This document shows positions 12,581 to 31,261 of a stretch of 64,000 nt of DNA, one piece after another (within the stretch, counting starts at the first letter, position 1; each line of letters starts with the position of its first letter). Below the pieces are notes generated by a model. The model searched no databases. It saw only the letters and a program-made list of their open reading frames with translations, and was not told the DNA's origin. The DNA lies in contig CM119263.1 in assembly GCA_051294375.1 (NCBI GenBank), positions 7,270,494-7,334,493 of the forward strand. Direction: 5' to 3'. Made by a program: the position numbers and the translations under genes. The stretch is from Paraspadella gotoi. Taxonomy: Eukaryota; Animalia; Chaetognatha.

Positions 12581-15500
12581 CAGACGGGTCAGTATCCGAG
12601 GGTAAAGTGTTTCCGTTAATTGAATCCGGAGTCGAGCGTGGAAGGGAAAATGTCAGCGACGGTGAAACTTGTTTATCGGAAATAAAAAAAAGAACCGTAC
12701 TGTAGCTTTTGAATATGACTGGTGATGGTGAAGAATAAATCAGATGTCGTCTTGGTTATAATTTATAAACAAAAGCGAATGCAGTCTTGAAGGGGAAATA
12801 AAGCAGGTGGAGATGAAAGCAGAAGCCGTCTTGGGGGTAAACTAAAGCAAGTCTGGATTATAGCGAATGCGAATGGATGTTTAACATTTAACATCCTAAA
12901 TAAAGCAGAGGTATTCTTGGATTTTAACTGGTAATTTTGTTTTTCTTTTATAATTTTAGCATTTTTTTTAGCTTTAACGTTTTGCGCGTAGTGTCGCTAA
13001 TAGTTACGCAAAGCGTATAGTTGAACGTATTGTTACTTGATTTATGGCCTTCAGTGGCAGGTTTACGGTCGCAGATGGATCATAGCACCGTGGCATCGTA
13101 GCAGCGTAGCGGACGCCAGATGGGCCGTGGCAGGAAAAAAAGTAAAAAGTGACAGGTGGATAGACAATTAAGAAAGGCAACGGGATTTCCGAGTGACCGA
13201 AATCGCATCTGCAAAGTCGAGCGAAGAGACTCGCGCATGAAAAATGAATAGAAAAAAGAAAAGAAAAGAAAAGAAATCAAAAGGAAAGAGAGGAATAAAG
13301 TAGTAGGAAAGAAAAAGTAAAAAAAAAAATGCGTAGTACCATTTCTCATTTGATGTATTTTTTCATTTTTTCTTCTCGCATTTTGTAGCGAAGGACTGGA
13401 TGTTTATTATATTTTAATTTCATAAAAATAATTTTCTATTTTCTTATATGTAAAATAACCTTTCTTTAATGGTCATCCATTTTCATCTTAGATAAAAAAC
13501 TGGAATCTTTTAAAAAAAAGAAAATCAAGATAAAATAATTACTCATTAATTACTTAAAATTATTGAAATTCATTTACACTATTAAATGAAGCATTAACTG
13601 GGGAACCTTACAATATCAAATAATTATTCAAGACATTCAAGAACCTGATCAGGACTGTATGTTTTTCTAATTGGACGTATTGTACGAAGAAAATTTAAGA
13701 TTTACAAATAAAAAATCATTACTCAAAAATTTCTAAACATTATGATTTATGATTTACGATAATTCAGATATGCCATTGATTAAACCATTGATAGGGATTT
13801 CTTATGATTTAAAATTTTTCTTTAATGAAATCAAGAAAACGCCGAAAATTTTCTTTTTTCGTCATTTTTACTGGGTTAGATAAAAAATTTAACATAGAAT
13901 AGTAAATGTATTAAACACGAAATGAAACTTATACACAAAAAAACGTTCAGTAGTACTCCAACTAACGATATACTTATGAATTATATTTATTAAATATTTA
14001 AAGTATAGTAAACATTTTTTGGTGTCACTCGCGAACGGACACGGAGTAGTATATCGCGAAAGAATAAAAACGCTAAACAGAAGTCGGGAGAGCGAGATAA
14101 TATTAGTTACTTTGGATTATTAATCTTATTCCCGACGTTTTAATTACAAGAGATAAGATCCGTTTAACGGAATATTGAGTTGCCTTTCGTTTGACAATTT
14201 TCCATCGGTAATTCGATTATCTTTTTCCATCGGTGCTTCCAAGTTTCAACCGTCACCGAGAGGACGCCAGTCATGTTTGCCACTTTCGCCATTTCGCTTT
14301 GACTTTATTGCCATCATTTTCCATTTGGCGAATGTTTTACTGTTTTCTTGCGTGCATTGTTTTGAGGATATCTTACTTTCTTAGGTAAATTATGCTATGA
14401 TAAATATTTTTCATTGACAATTATTTACCTATTTCATCTTTCTTATGGGATTCGTTTTGATTTTACAACGTAGTTGATAATGATTATATTTATAATCGAA
14501 TGATTGTGCCAAAGTAACGAAAAAAATTTGAAAAGGTGATGAATTTTGAAAAAAATAAATCCGAGCACGGAAAAAAAAATACAGTATTTTTTTTTCTCGA
14601 CAAATTGAGGTTGACACAAATGGAAATCGGTGGGGACAGCAAAACCTAAACATCACCTCGAAAAAAATTTGAGAAAAGAGGAAGAGAGGTAAGAGGAAAG
14701 GATGGGAAGGAATGAAAAGTGAAGAGGAAGAAGAAAGGGAGGAAGAAATAAAAATAGAGGAAAGATGAAAAAGAAAAATGTTAAATTAAAAAGAAAAAAA
14801 AGAAATAGTTAGAAAAAAAGGACACAAAATTAAAGGAAAAAAAAGTAGAAGGGACAGAAATAAAGCCTCAACAAGACAAGAAAAAAAAGGAGAAGGGAGA
14901 CTAGGGAAAAAAAATAAGGAAACAAGGTAGAGGAAGAGGGGAGAAAGGAGAGAGAGAGAGAGAGGAAGAGAGGAAGAGAGAGAGAGAGAGAGGAAGAGGA
15001 ATGAACATAAAAACTCCATTAACACGAGAAGATGAATTTATGCGGGAGCCCAACCAAATAGAAAAAGAGGGCGAGGGGGGAGTGTTGGGTGGAGGGGGAA
15101 AGAAGGGTGAGGTTCCCGAGGCAAGGGAGAGAGAGAGAGAAATGGCGGGAGCGATGGCCTCGGCGGAGGTAATGGCGGCCGCGCCTCGGCCGCTGCGGCG
15201 GCGGCGGGGTTTTTCCGGATGTAACTGCAGCGCCGCGCCCGGGGGCGACTGTCAATCAAATGATAGCGACTTTGGACGCAGACGAAATTCTCGGCGTCGA
15301 GGTTAGGATCGACGAATACGAATGGCAGGTGACGGCAGAAATTGCATCGGAGATGGCAATGGCGGGCAATGGTGATGGTAATATCCTGTTTTACTTCTGC
15401 TGCTGCTGCTGCTCGGTCCCTTGCCCCTCCGCCCCCTCCGCTGGCGAAAACCTCCGCCGTGAAATTCGCGACAAAAGTCTTCGACGCTTTCCTGAATAAA

Positions 15501-16329
15501 AAAAATGAATAAAAGGAAAAAGAACGAAAGAAAAAAGAATAAAAAAAGGAAAAAGAATAAAAAAAGGAAAAAGAATAAAAGTAGCTTAAAAAGTTTTTCT
15601 TTTTTTTTTCGATTGATTGTTTCGTTTATCCTTTTTCCTTTTTATCCAACTCTTTCGTCCTCTGTCGACGTCGTTGTCGTCGTCGTCGTCGTCGTCGTTA
15701 TCACTACCGTCGTCGTCGTCGTCGTTGTCGTCGTCGTCGTCGACGTACTTCGCTTTACATACATTTTTTTTTTTATTATATACTTTTTTCGCTCTTATTT
15801 TTCTTTTTTGGTTTTGTTTTCTCTTTTTTCGTTCCTTTCGTATTTACTTCGCTAATGTTGTTTCTGTTGCTATTGTTCTGTTTTTTTTTGGTTTTTTTGT
15901 TTTATTATTCTTTCGGTCTTCGTCTCGCGAAAGAAATACAATTCGGACTCCGTCGATCTTCCTCCTTCTCTCCCTTCCTTCTTCCTCCCTCCTTCCTTTC
16001 TTCTTCCTCCCTCCTCGCTCCCTCTCTCCCTTCCTTCTTCCTNNNNNNNNNNNNNNNNNNNNNNNNNCCCTCCTCGCTCCTCTCCTTTCTTCTTCCTCCC
16101 TCCTCGCCCCTCTTCTCCCTCCTTCCTTCTTCCTCCCTCCTCGCTCCCTCCTTCCTTCTTCCCTCCCTCTCTTCTCTCCTCCACCTTTTCCCGTGAAGAT
16201 CCTACTTTCTTATTTTCGATGTTCTTTTAATGTCGAAAAGAGTGACATCTCACTGATCACCGCTTCTCTCGAACAAATGACGTTTTTTATTATTCCTAAA
16301 AAGTGAATTTATTCTCTTTCTCTCTCTCT

Positions 16330-16412
<83 letters not shown>

Positions 16413-16532
16413 ATCGATTTTTACCGGATGTAAGTGAGATTCTGTGAAATTCGTGATTAAAAGTCATTCGCAATCTACTCTCACGATCCACAACCGCTGC
16501 TGCCAGATTGAAAGGCGGCTGCCATCATCAAG

Positions 16533-16604
16533 TCACGTGATCGAAAGACTGTCACGTGAACACTAATGAGCAAATCTTGCTTAAGAACGGAAGCAATCAC
16601 GTGA
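16533..16604. promoter_or_regulatory. Cluster of three TCACGTGA E-boxes (bHLH-ZIP / CLEAR-like); duplicated at ~23004-23074
   Basis: The palindromic TCACGTGA occurs at 16533, 16552 and 16597. Function is inferred only. Confidence 0.45.
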
Positions 16605-16783
16605 ACAAAACATTTCCACTTCTGCAGAAAAACTGGATAAAGAGATTTAATTTATGATTTAAATCGTAATCGAATTTTACATAAACGTATCCCAAGAATA
16701 AGACAGAATGAGAAATACGATTTGAATTGTATCATTACTATCATTATTCCTGAGTATGCAATAAAAACCCATATTTGCAATCC

Positions 16784-16888
16784 TTTTCTTTGTCTTTCGC
16801 TCCACTCTACTCTCACCGTTTTCTTTGTCCTTCGCTCCACTCTACTCTCACCGTTTTCTTTGTCTTTCGCTCCACTCTACTCTCACCG
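16784..16888 (+). repeat. 35-bp tandem repeat, 3 copies (ttttctttgtctttcgctccactctactctcaccg); copy at ~23254-23359
   Basis: Three near-identical units read directly. Confidence 0.9.
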
Positions 16889-17048
16889 TTTTCTTTCTTA
16901 CATATTTACAAGCCATTTTCTCTCCCCGTCTTTTTTTTTACATTTCACACCAAAGGAGGAATTATTTATGAGACTTTGAGAATTTGATCGAGAGACTGGA
17001 TTTCGGAATCGGAATTTTCCCGCCAAAGAATCTGCAATTCCGACAACA

Positions 17049-17080
<32 letters not shown>

Positions 17081-17138
17081 AGTAGGTAAGGAAACGCCGC
17101 CTTTTTCTTGCGCGGAGGTGAAACTGGTGATTGGTGAG

Positions 17139-17738
17139 TAAGGCGTAGTAAATTTTCCTAAATTTAACTTTAATTAAATTCCTAAAAGTGAGGAACGAAC
17201 ACATTATATAATGAACATTTATGTAATAAAAAAAATTAATAAATTTTACAATTTACGCAGTAGGCCATAGTTTATACTATACTAAACAATAATGTTAAAA
17301 TTTCAAAACAGTTTTTTTCTAAATTTTTTTGCAGATTTGGATTCGTCATAAAAAGTTGATAAATAGAAATATAACTCTTTTTTGAAAAATTCCTTCATTA
17401 AGTGGGTCAAAAATGAGAAAAAGCTATATTTTAAGCTGAAAATTAACTTTTTCCACATTAAAATAGTTTTTTTAATTTTTAACCCACTTAATGAAAGAAT
17501 TTTAAAAATGAGTTATATTTTCTTTTGTCAACTTTACGAGGAATTCAAATCTGCAATCAAAATTAAGAAAAGCCTATTTTGAAATATTTCGATTTTATAA
17601 GGTTAGTACTATATATAAATTAGCCTACTGCGAAAATTAAAAACATAAAATTAATTTTTTACAAATTAATGTTCACTGATGGTATGTTGTCATAATTGAC
17701 TTTTAGAATTTTTCGTATGTAACTTTCACTACGCCTTA
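17139..17738. mobile_element. Non-autonomous foldback MITE (~600 bp) with terminal inverted repeats and a target-site duplication
   Basis: Termini are TAAGGCGTAGT...ACTACGCCTTA, flanked by TTGGTGAG on both sides (17131-17138, 17739-17746). Internal inverted pairs include gcagtaggc/gcctactgc, ttgcagatttggattc/gaattcaaatctgcaa and ttcattaagtggg/cccacttaatgaa. The empty site ctggtgattggtgagtcgtc is at ~23591-23610. Confidence 0.93.
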
Positions 17739-18376
17739 TTGGTGAGTCGTCGTCTGTTTTCGTTCGCTTGTTATTTTTTTGTTTTTAAACTAACGGACTT
17801 CTTCATAGACAAAAAAGTTTATATGCAGCAATTTCATGACAAAAAAGTGACCTATCCAAATTTAGTATGTTGTACATATTCTAACATGTTCTACTTGGTT
17901 TTTCTCCTAATCGGAATAATTTATTTTCCTTTTTTTTTTTTTAATTTTCGTTTTTCCCAACTTCTCTTTTCTCTCCTTTCTTTTCTTCCACTCAAGAAAA
18001 CTTACCAAGTTTTTTTTTCCGCGGGGAAGGACCGGATATGATTAGCATTGGGAGCGGAGGCGAAGGCGGCTTCATTAGCGAGAGAGCGAGAGGGAGAGCG
18101 AGAAGGACAGAGAGAGAGCCAGACAAGGCGATGGAAAAATGAGGAGAAAAGGAGAGCGAGAGGGAGAGAGATAGAGACAAGAGAGAGAGAGAGTCTCAAA
18201 ATCCGAGTCGGAAAGTGTAACTCTGCCATCGGTCGGAAGAACAGTGCTGCAGGCGGTCCGTTCTCTCGGCCGCCGCCCAACTAGGTCTTTCTGTCCGCCG
18301 CTGTCGCCGCCGCCGCCGCCGCCAACTCTCCTTCTTAGCCCGATTCTGATTTCGATTCTTCCCCGATTTTCTTTTC

Positions 18377-18420
<44 letters not shown>

Positions 18421-18437
18421 TCTCTCTTTCTCTCCTT

Positions 18438-18531
<94 letters not shown>

Positions 18532-18712
18532 TTCTCTCTTTCTCTCCATATTTCCTGATAGACTCACTCCTCTAACCTTGACTCGAAACCCTAATTTGTT
18601 CTCAGGCGTCTCGGACAATAACTCGATCCGAAACGAATTCGTTGCAGCGGAAAAGAGAAGCGGAACTTGGATAGAAACTGTCGTTGTTGTAGTTGTTTTA
18701 TTTGTTGTTATT

Positions 18713-18801
<89 letters not shown>

Positions 18802-19216
18802 ATGAAAAAAGGAAAAGAAAAAAAAAGAGAAAGAGAGAAACAAAACGAAAAAAATGAGAAGCTTCTTCCCTTTTGTTTTTGTTTATGTCCTCCCTAGTAA
18901 TTCTTTTTCTGCTTCGCAGGTGGCGCGACTCTCGCGGCGGAAATGGAGTCAAGATGGCTGCGTCCTTGACTCTCTTGGCGAGAGGGATAGCGCATCGAAA
19001 AGGGCGAAAGATGGTGGACTGGATTTGGTGAAATAAGAGGAACAAATGCAGTTTTTTGGTTAACTAAAAGAATTTATTTTTATATCATTTTTTGAGAAAA
19101 ATCGATATTATGTCTTTATCGAGTGGCAGTTCGTTCGCGAAAGTGTTCTTTTTTTAAACAACAAAAAAGTCTCTTTTAATCCTCATCATGATTATCGTAT
19201 TTTATTTTAACTTATT

Positions 19217-19928
19217 TTAACTTATGTTGATGTAGAAAGAAAAATACGATAACGCAGTTTCGTCTCCCTTCTCCATCACCGTTTTTGGAAAACAGCTTTC
19301 TTACTTACGGACATCATGCGAATGATCCCTCTAATGTGGAATCCGCCTTCCTCAATAATGAATTTCAAAAGAAATTCTGATATTTCGTCATCAAAATCGA
19401 AAAATCTTCCGCATCTCAAATACATCCTCTGCAACCTATTTTAATGCTAAATCGTATAAGGCATTGTGCCTGTTAAGGATATTAATTGTGCGTCGGGATA
19501 AAATTCATAAATGATTTGCATCAAATGATGTTCATGCTGTTGCCGCGTTGAAGTAGGGTGTGCAAAATGCCAAAAAGTGGCTCGGATTTCAAATGAGGCC
19601 TGGGATAATATGTGGAGGTCAAAATAGGATGCAAGAAGCAAGCGCCCCTTGAATAAGTTGATCACTGGCCGTGCAACCCTCTCTTGAAGGATTTTTTGTA
19701 CACCTTTCACTTCATAGTTTATTGTGTCCAAAGTAGGAGAGATTTTTGCGTCCACTTCTGATCAGTTAATTGATGAAATGTATCAAGTTTCTTCAAAGTA
19801 CACCATCCAAGAGCTCCTGGAAAATATTTTGGTCATTACATTACATGTTCGGGGATGCTTTGTCGTTCACTATGTTCGTAGACCTGTTATATTTTATGTT
19901 GCCACGGCACACTTCACCGCTCTACCAT
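19217..19928 (-). pseudogene. Intronless decayed orphan ORF (~235 codons) of unknown family; copy at 25113-25825
   Basis: A high-complexity island among microsatellites. Merging both copies gives one frame from ATG (19928/25825) through VDAKISPTLDTINYEVKGVQKILQERVARPVINLFKGRLLLASYF...YEFYPDAQLISLTGTMPYTI*H*NRLQRMYLRCGRFFDFDDEISEFLLKFIIEEGGFHIRGIIRMMS, with about 8 internal stops. TATAAA lies at ~20030 upstream and AATAAA at 19201-19206 downstream on the minus strand. Confidence 0.45.
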
Positions 19929-20282
19929 GAACCGCACCGCGCAACGCCGCACCGCTTAACCACCGCCCCGCACCGCGCCGTTTCACTCCCGTTCCGAGCG
20001 GCCTCGCCCGGCCTTGAGCGAGAAGACCTTTATAAATTCCCGGAAGCAGATTTGTTGAGCCGAAGTAAAAAGCGAGGATTTTTTTTAGGAGTGTCTTTCT
20101 CCTCTTATCTCGCCGGTTCAAGGAAAGACAGAAGCTTAGCTTGCGACATGTCGTAGGGCGTCCGGGCATGACGTGACAGGGTGCGTGGTGAGTGACATGG
20201 TGCCGGCCAAGTCAAAGCTGGTGGTGAAATTTTGATATGGAAAACTTAGTGAATATCAAGTTTTAAGATAAGCAAAGGAAAT

Positions 20283-20339
<57 letters not shown>

Positions 20340-21591
20340 GAAGGCTTTTCTGTATTTTTTTTTATAATGTTCGCTTATTTTCAAAATTTCAATCTGTTCA
20401 TCCAAGTTCCTCTTTGTTCCCTTTGTTCCTTCTTTCGCCCTTTACTTTTTATCTTTCTTTTTTCTCTTTTTACTTTTTTCCTTTTTTGTCCAATTTTTTT
20501 TTCCTTTCCCGCGTTGATTGGGCGAAGAAGCAACGAAAGTCAATCATTTCCTTGTCGCTTAAACTTTGCATGGAAGCTCCTCGGGTCAACGGCGCGAGAA
20601 AGGGGTAGAGGGAGGAGGAAGAGGGAGCGAGAGGGGAAGAAAGAGGAAGTGAGAGAGGGGAGGAGAGGGAGAGGAGATGGAGGAAAGGAGGGAAAAAGAG
20701 AGAAGGAAAGGAGCGAAGAAGGAAAGAGGGAGGGTAGGAAAGGAGCGAAAGAGGAAAGGAAAGGAGCAAAAGGAGGAAAAGAAAGAGGAGGAAAGGAAGA
20801 AAGGAGAGAAAGGAGAAAGGGAGAGAGGGGAGGAAAGGAGCAAAAGGAAAAAAAGAGAGGACGCGAGAAACTTCGAGGAAAACCTGTAAGGTTCACTTGG
20901 TCGAAGAAGTGGCGGTGAAAGAAAAGAAGAAGAAAAAGATGAATTGGAAGGAGAAAAAAAGAAAAAGGAAAAAGGAAAAAGGAAAAGAAAAAAGGGGAAA
21001 GAAAGGATTCTTTGACGGGAGTCAAGCGAAACAAATTATAAAAAAAAAGTGGAGAAAATGATAAAATTAATCAATCTTATTCGAAGATTAAAAACCAATA
21101 TATTTCTACAGTTTTAGTAGAAACGAGCAAATTCTTTGAAAGACAAAATCAATCAAGAAGGAGGCCTTAAACCACCAAAGCCTGTCCAAAGTCAGGGGCA
21201 AGATAGCTTATTTATTAAATGAATGGATAATTTTTATATTGGTTGTACCAATTTCATAACTCAGAAGACGAAACGTAAACAACATCGGTCGAAAGTCGAG
21301 ACGACGAACGACGACGACGACGACGACGACGACGACGTTGGCGACGACGACGTTGGCGGCGGCGGCGGCGGCGGCGGCGGCGGTCGGCGCGGGTGGGGCG
21401 GGCGGGTGGTCTCCTCGCCCCAAACACCAATTAAGCATCCGGTGCTCAGGCGTAGATCGAATTCTGTTCAGATTGGCGCCAAAGGTCGCCCACCTTCCAC
21501 GTGACCCTTTAGCTTGTTCATGCTTGACCTTTTTCTCCCGCTCAGTCTGACCCTATCGGTCGTACGTTCCGATCGTCGAAATTCAAGAGGT

Positions 21592-21695
21592 TGTTCGCCG
21601 TGAACACTTCCGTGTTCGCCGTAGACCAGCCGCTTGTTCGCCGTTAACCCGCCGCTTGTTCGCCTTGAACGTTTTGGTTTAGTTCGTTGTGAACC
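21592..21695 (+). repeat. ~22-bp-period repeat with a TGTTCGCC core (about 5 units); copy at ~27523-27630
   Basis: tgttcgccgt occurs 3 times, followed by tgttcgcctt and a degenerate gttcgttgt. Confidence 0.75.
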
Positions 21696-21798
21696 GTTTG
21701 CTTGTTTACCTCTGCGAATTGAACCCAGGTGATTGCACGACGTAATAATATTTAGTAATTTGTTTCAGTTCTCTCTAAATTGAAAATAACTACTAATC

Positions 21799-21845
<47 letters not shown>

Positions 21846-21854
21846 CTCTCTCTC

Positions 21855-21894
<40 letters not shown>

Positions 21895-22912
21895 CTCGAC
21901 CTGCTTAGTCGTCATTAGCAGGTCGAAGGTTCGAATCAGTCGCCCCTGATTAAAAGTAGACTCGGTTTACGATCGGTGGACACCGACCCCAGCCGGCGAC
22001 GCCGCGCTGAAGCCGCCAACTCCGCGACGCCGCTAAATCAAGACGGCGTCAAACTTTTACGTGATCGAGAACTCGCTTTTTAATCTTCTTCGCTTCTCTG
22101 GCTCTGGGTCGTTGGAAAGAATAAAGGAAAGGAAAAGGAAAGGAAAAGGAAGGCGAAGAAAGAAAAGGGAAAAGAATGAAGAAGAATGGGGAACGAACAA
22201 AAATTAGGAAGGAGAAAAAAAAATGTAGAAAAGAAAAGTAAAATGAAGAAAAAAGGAAAGGTAAAGCGCCAAGATAACAAAGGATGATGAATCAACATCG
22301 ATGATAGAGAAGAGAGGAGAAATGTTAAGAAATGAAATAGGACAGAAATAAAAAAAATGAAGCGAAAAAGAAAGGAAATACGTTGGATTAATTAGAATTG
22401 AGAATAGTTTTGACTTACAATTATAAAAGACGTATATTGGATTAAAAAACAATACTTTTAGCATTTGCTTAAAGCGTGAAAAAAAAAAGATATACGTTTA
22501 TATCCAATATACAATACGATTCTGTATCGACTGGGGTCAACCCGATATCGGTCTTCGAAATGCCGACGATCGAAAAAAAGGGTCAAGGGGGCGCGCGCAG
22601 TGGGGGCGTGTCCACGAGGCCACGCCCACTCGAGGTCGGCGCACTTGAGCGGCAGCCTCGGAGGCCACTGCATGCGCGACTGGCTATTTACTTCTCCCCC
22701 CGCATGCCTTTCAACTTCGCGTGAGTGCCTCCACACCACGGCCGGGACCCTTCTACCCCAACACGCCTAAACACTCTCCCCCCACGCGATCAGCCCTACA
22801 CTTCGCCCCACGCACCTGATTCGAGAATCATCTCTCGCCCTTTTTGTCTTTGCGATGTTCTTTTGTTCTTCGTTGAAGATTGACGATGAGTAAGGGGGCG
22901 TGGCTGAGTGGA

Positions 22913-28642
<5,730 letters not shown>

Positions 28643-28693
28643 GGAGAAGGAAAGAATGGGATGATAAAGGGTTGAAAGAGGGTGAACGACGAC

Positions 28694-28790
<97 letters not shown>

Positions 28791-31197
28791 TTAGCGGGGA
28801 CAATAACACGTTGAGAGAGATGGAGCAAAATTGAAACGTCTGAAAGAGGAATAACAAAAACAATCTCGCGCTTTTATCATATTTTTATCTCCTTTTATTT
28901 TTGCTTTCTTTTTTTCTTTCTTTTCTTCTCTCTTTCCTGCTTTTTTACTTTCTTTCTTTCTTTCCTATTTCTTTCTTTCTTTGTCTCTCTTTTTTTCAGT
29001 CCCGTTTTGAAATCGTAGAATCGTTCCTTCCATCCATCATTTCTAGCATTCAGCATATGATACAAAGATGCATAGAGTACATTCTACTGCTAAAACTATT
29101 TTCCAGCTGACTGGAGCTCATAAGCATTGCTAATGTAATTGGCTCTGGAAAACCAGCTGCATGTCTATAATAATCTTTCAATTCAAAGTTAATAAAACCA
29201 ATCAAATACTCTCAAATCCGGAAGGACTATGGTGAAATTCTGTCAGGAAAGGCCTGTGACCATCACTTTACCATAGCGACATATTAATATTTAACCAAGT
29301 TTGTCATTGGCTTTGAGTCCTGATAAAATGTGATATAATTGTTTGATTTTAAAAATACAGACATCATATAAAACTGTAAGAACTTCTGGATCCAACGAGC
29401 ACAGTAAATATATTTTTCATAACTGTACTGTGTCACTGTATTCATTTGTAAAGTGACAGTACGCTTGAGACACTGTATATTATCATGATGTTATAATTAT
29501 GATATAATTTTTTGATTATATCAATTTTCATTCGCGGAAAATCATCACATCGTCTGTCACGCTTTCGTTGTCCTTCCTCCTCGTCAGCCTCGTCGTCGCT
29601 CACATTGTCGTTGTAGCTTTCGTCGTCGTCGTCGTCGTCTTCGTTGTCGTCGTCGTCGTCGTCGTCTTCGTTGTCGTCAACGTCGTCAACGTCGTAACTC
29701 TTGTCATTTCGTTGACGAAAGAAGAAAAGAGACGGAAACAAATAAACACAGGAAACGGGGGGGAAAAGAGAATAAAAAGCCAAAGATAAAATGTCCGGAA
29801 TGAAAGCAGGTGGAAGATATAAAAAATATGAATAAATATAACTTTATATAAGATATATATAACATTCGAAACTAGAGATTAAAAGAAAGAGTGAGGGGGA
29901 AGGGGAGAATGTAAAAAGTTTGAAATATTAAAGACGAAACAAATTAATACAAAGATGGCGATAAAAATGGTAGGAAACCAGGTGAGGAAAAGAAGGAAGA
30001 AAAAGAAAAAATATAATGAAAAGAAAAAGTGGACGAGGAAAAGAAAGAAAAAAGAAAAATCGTGAGATGGAATGCGTGGGCGTCACAGTTGTTTCGTCCC
30101 GAAGGAAGAATCACTTTTTTTCTTCGTATATTCGCCTCCTTTTAAAAGTATCTCTCTCTCTCACTCTTTGTTACCATAAAAACGTTTTTAAACTCGCTAC
30201 TCTTAAAATAAAATGATGAATGGATTTCAGGATTTTATTGTAGCCTCTGTGTATATAAGAAATTCGCCCTGGCCCGGACCCTGGCCCCCACTAAGTGACT
30301 GTGGTGCCTGCCCCGGAACAGACCAACTCTCTACCTAGGTGTGCGCATTGTTGCTTCTAGAGTGGGCGTACAGGGACGAGAAGAGGAAAAATGGATGATG
30401 ATAGAACCAAAAAAAAATATACCGTATGATCAGCCAAGATATTATCCAATTGCTGCCTTACGTGCCGTCCGCCAGCTGCCGTCTGCCATCCGAGTCGCTT
30501 CGAATCAATAAACAAAACGAAAAAGTAAGCGACAACAATGAGGAAACTCGACAGACGAGGAAAAGAGGCACCGACGACAACGACAATGGAAGACGACGAC
30601 GATGATGACGTGAACAGCACCTTTATAAATATCGAAGGAAATGGAACCTTCTGGCGAAAAAAAAAAAGACGTTAATGATTTAAGACGACGCGATGGATCG
30701 AATGGCGGTCGTAGGACGGAGAAATCACGGCGTCGTTGAAAGAGAGTAAAAGACATCTTGTGAGATATAAAGGAACGAGGGATAAATGATAGATTCATTG
30801 ATTGAACGAGTCATTCAGTTTTTTTTAAATAAAATTGAAAGAATTAATTATTGAGTAACTGCATCGGGTCATAGATTTTAAATGCTATCAAAGTGATTGA
30901 TACAGTTGAGTTTACAGAAATGTAGTGATCTAGTGATCAAATTCAAGAGTCATCTTTTAATCGAATACACAATATACAATATACAGTGAACGGGTGAATG
31001 AGTTGTGTCCCTTCTTCATCCAGAAAATTCCTCTTCCCCTCTTTCCGCCCACCACTCGGTCGACTCAGTCGTATCTCGTAAAAAAAAACCGAATCCCAAA
31101 CATGAACTAAATAATCGACGGCCGAACCTCACACCGGGTGAACACAACCTTCGCGAAAAAGTGGCTCATTCTCTTTCCGAATTCAAGACGTCTTTCT

Positions 31198-31261
<64 letters not shown>

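Larger units (their letters stand above)
16441..22911 (+). repeat. Copy 1 of a ~6 kb tandem duplication
   Basis: tctgtgaaattcgtgattaaaagtcattcgc at 16441 recurs at 22913, and the end motif aagggggcgtggctgagtgg at ~22892-22911 recurs at ~28623-28642. The copies are near-identical except for indels, microsatellite lengths and a 608-bp insertion. Confidence 0.96.

Noticed and set aside
18919-19036. Acceptor-like ttctgcttcgcag followed by a YY1-like caagatggctgc as an exon
   Set aside because: No donor site or recognisable peptide; the evidence is too weak to list as a feature.
29040-29500. CpG-poor island as a possible LINE or transposase fragment
   Set aside because: The frames examined have several stops and no recognisable motif, so no call can be supported.
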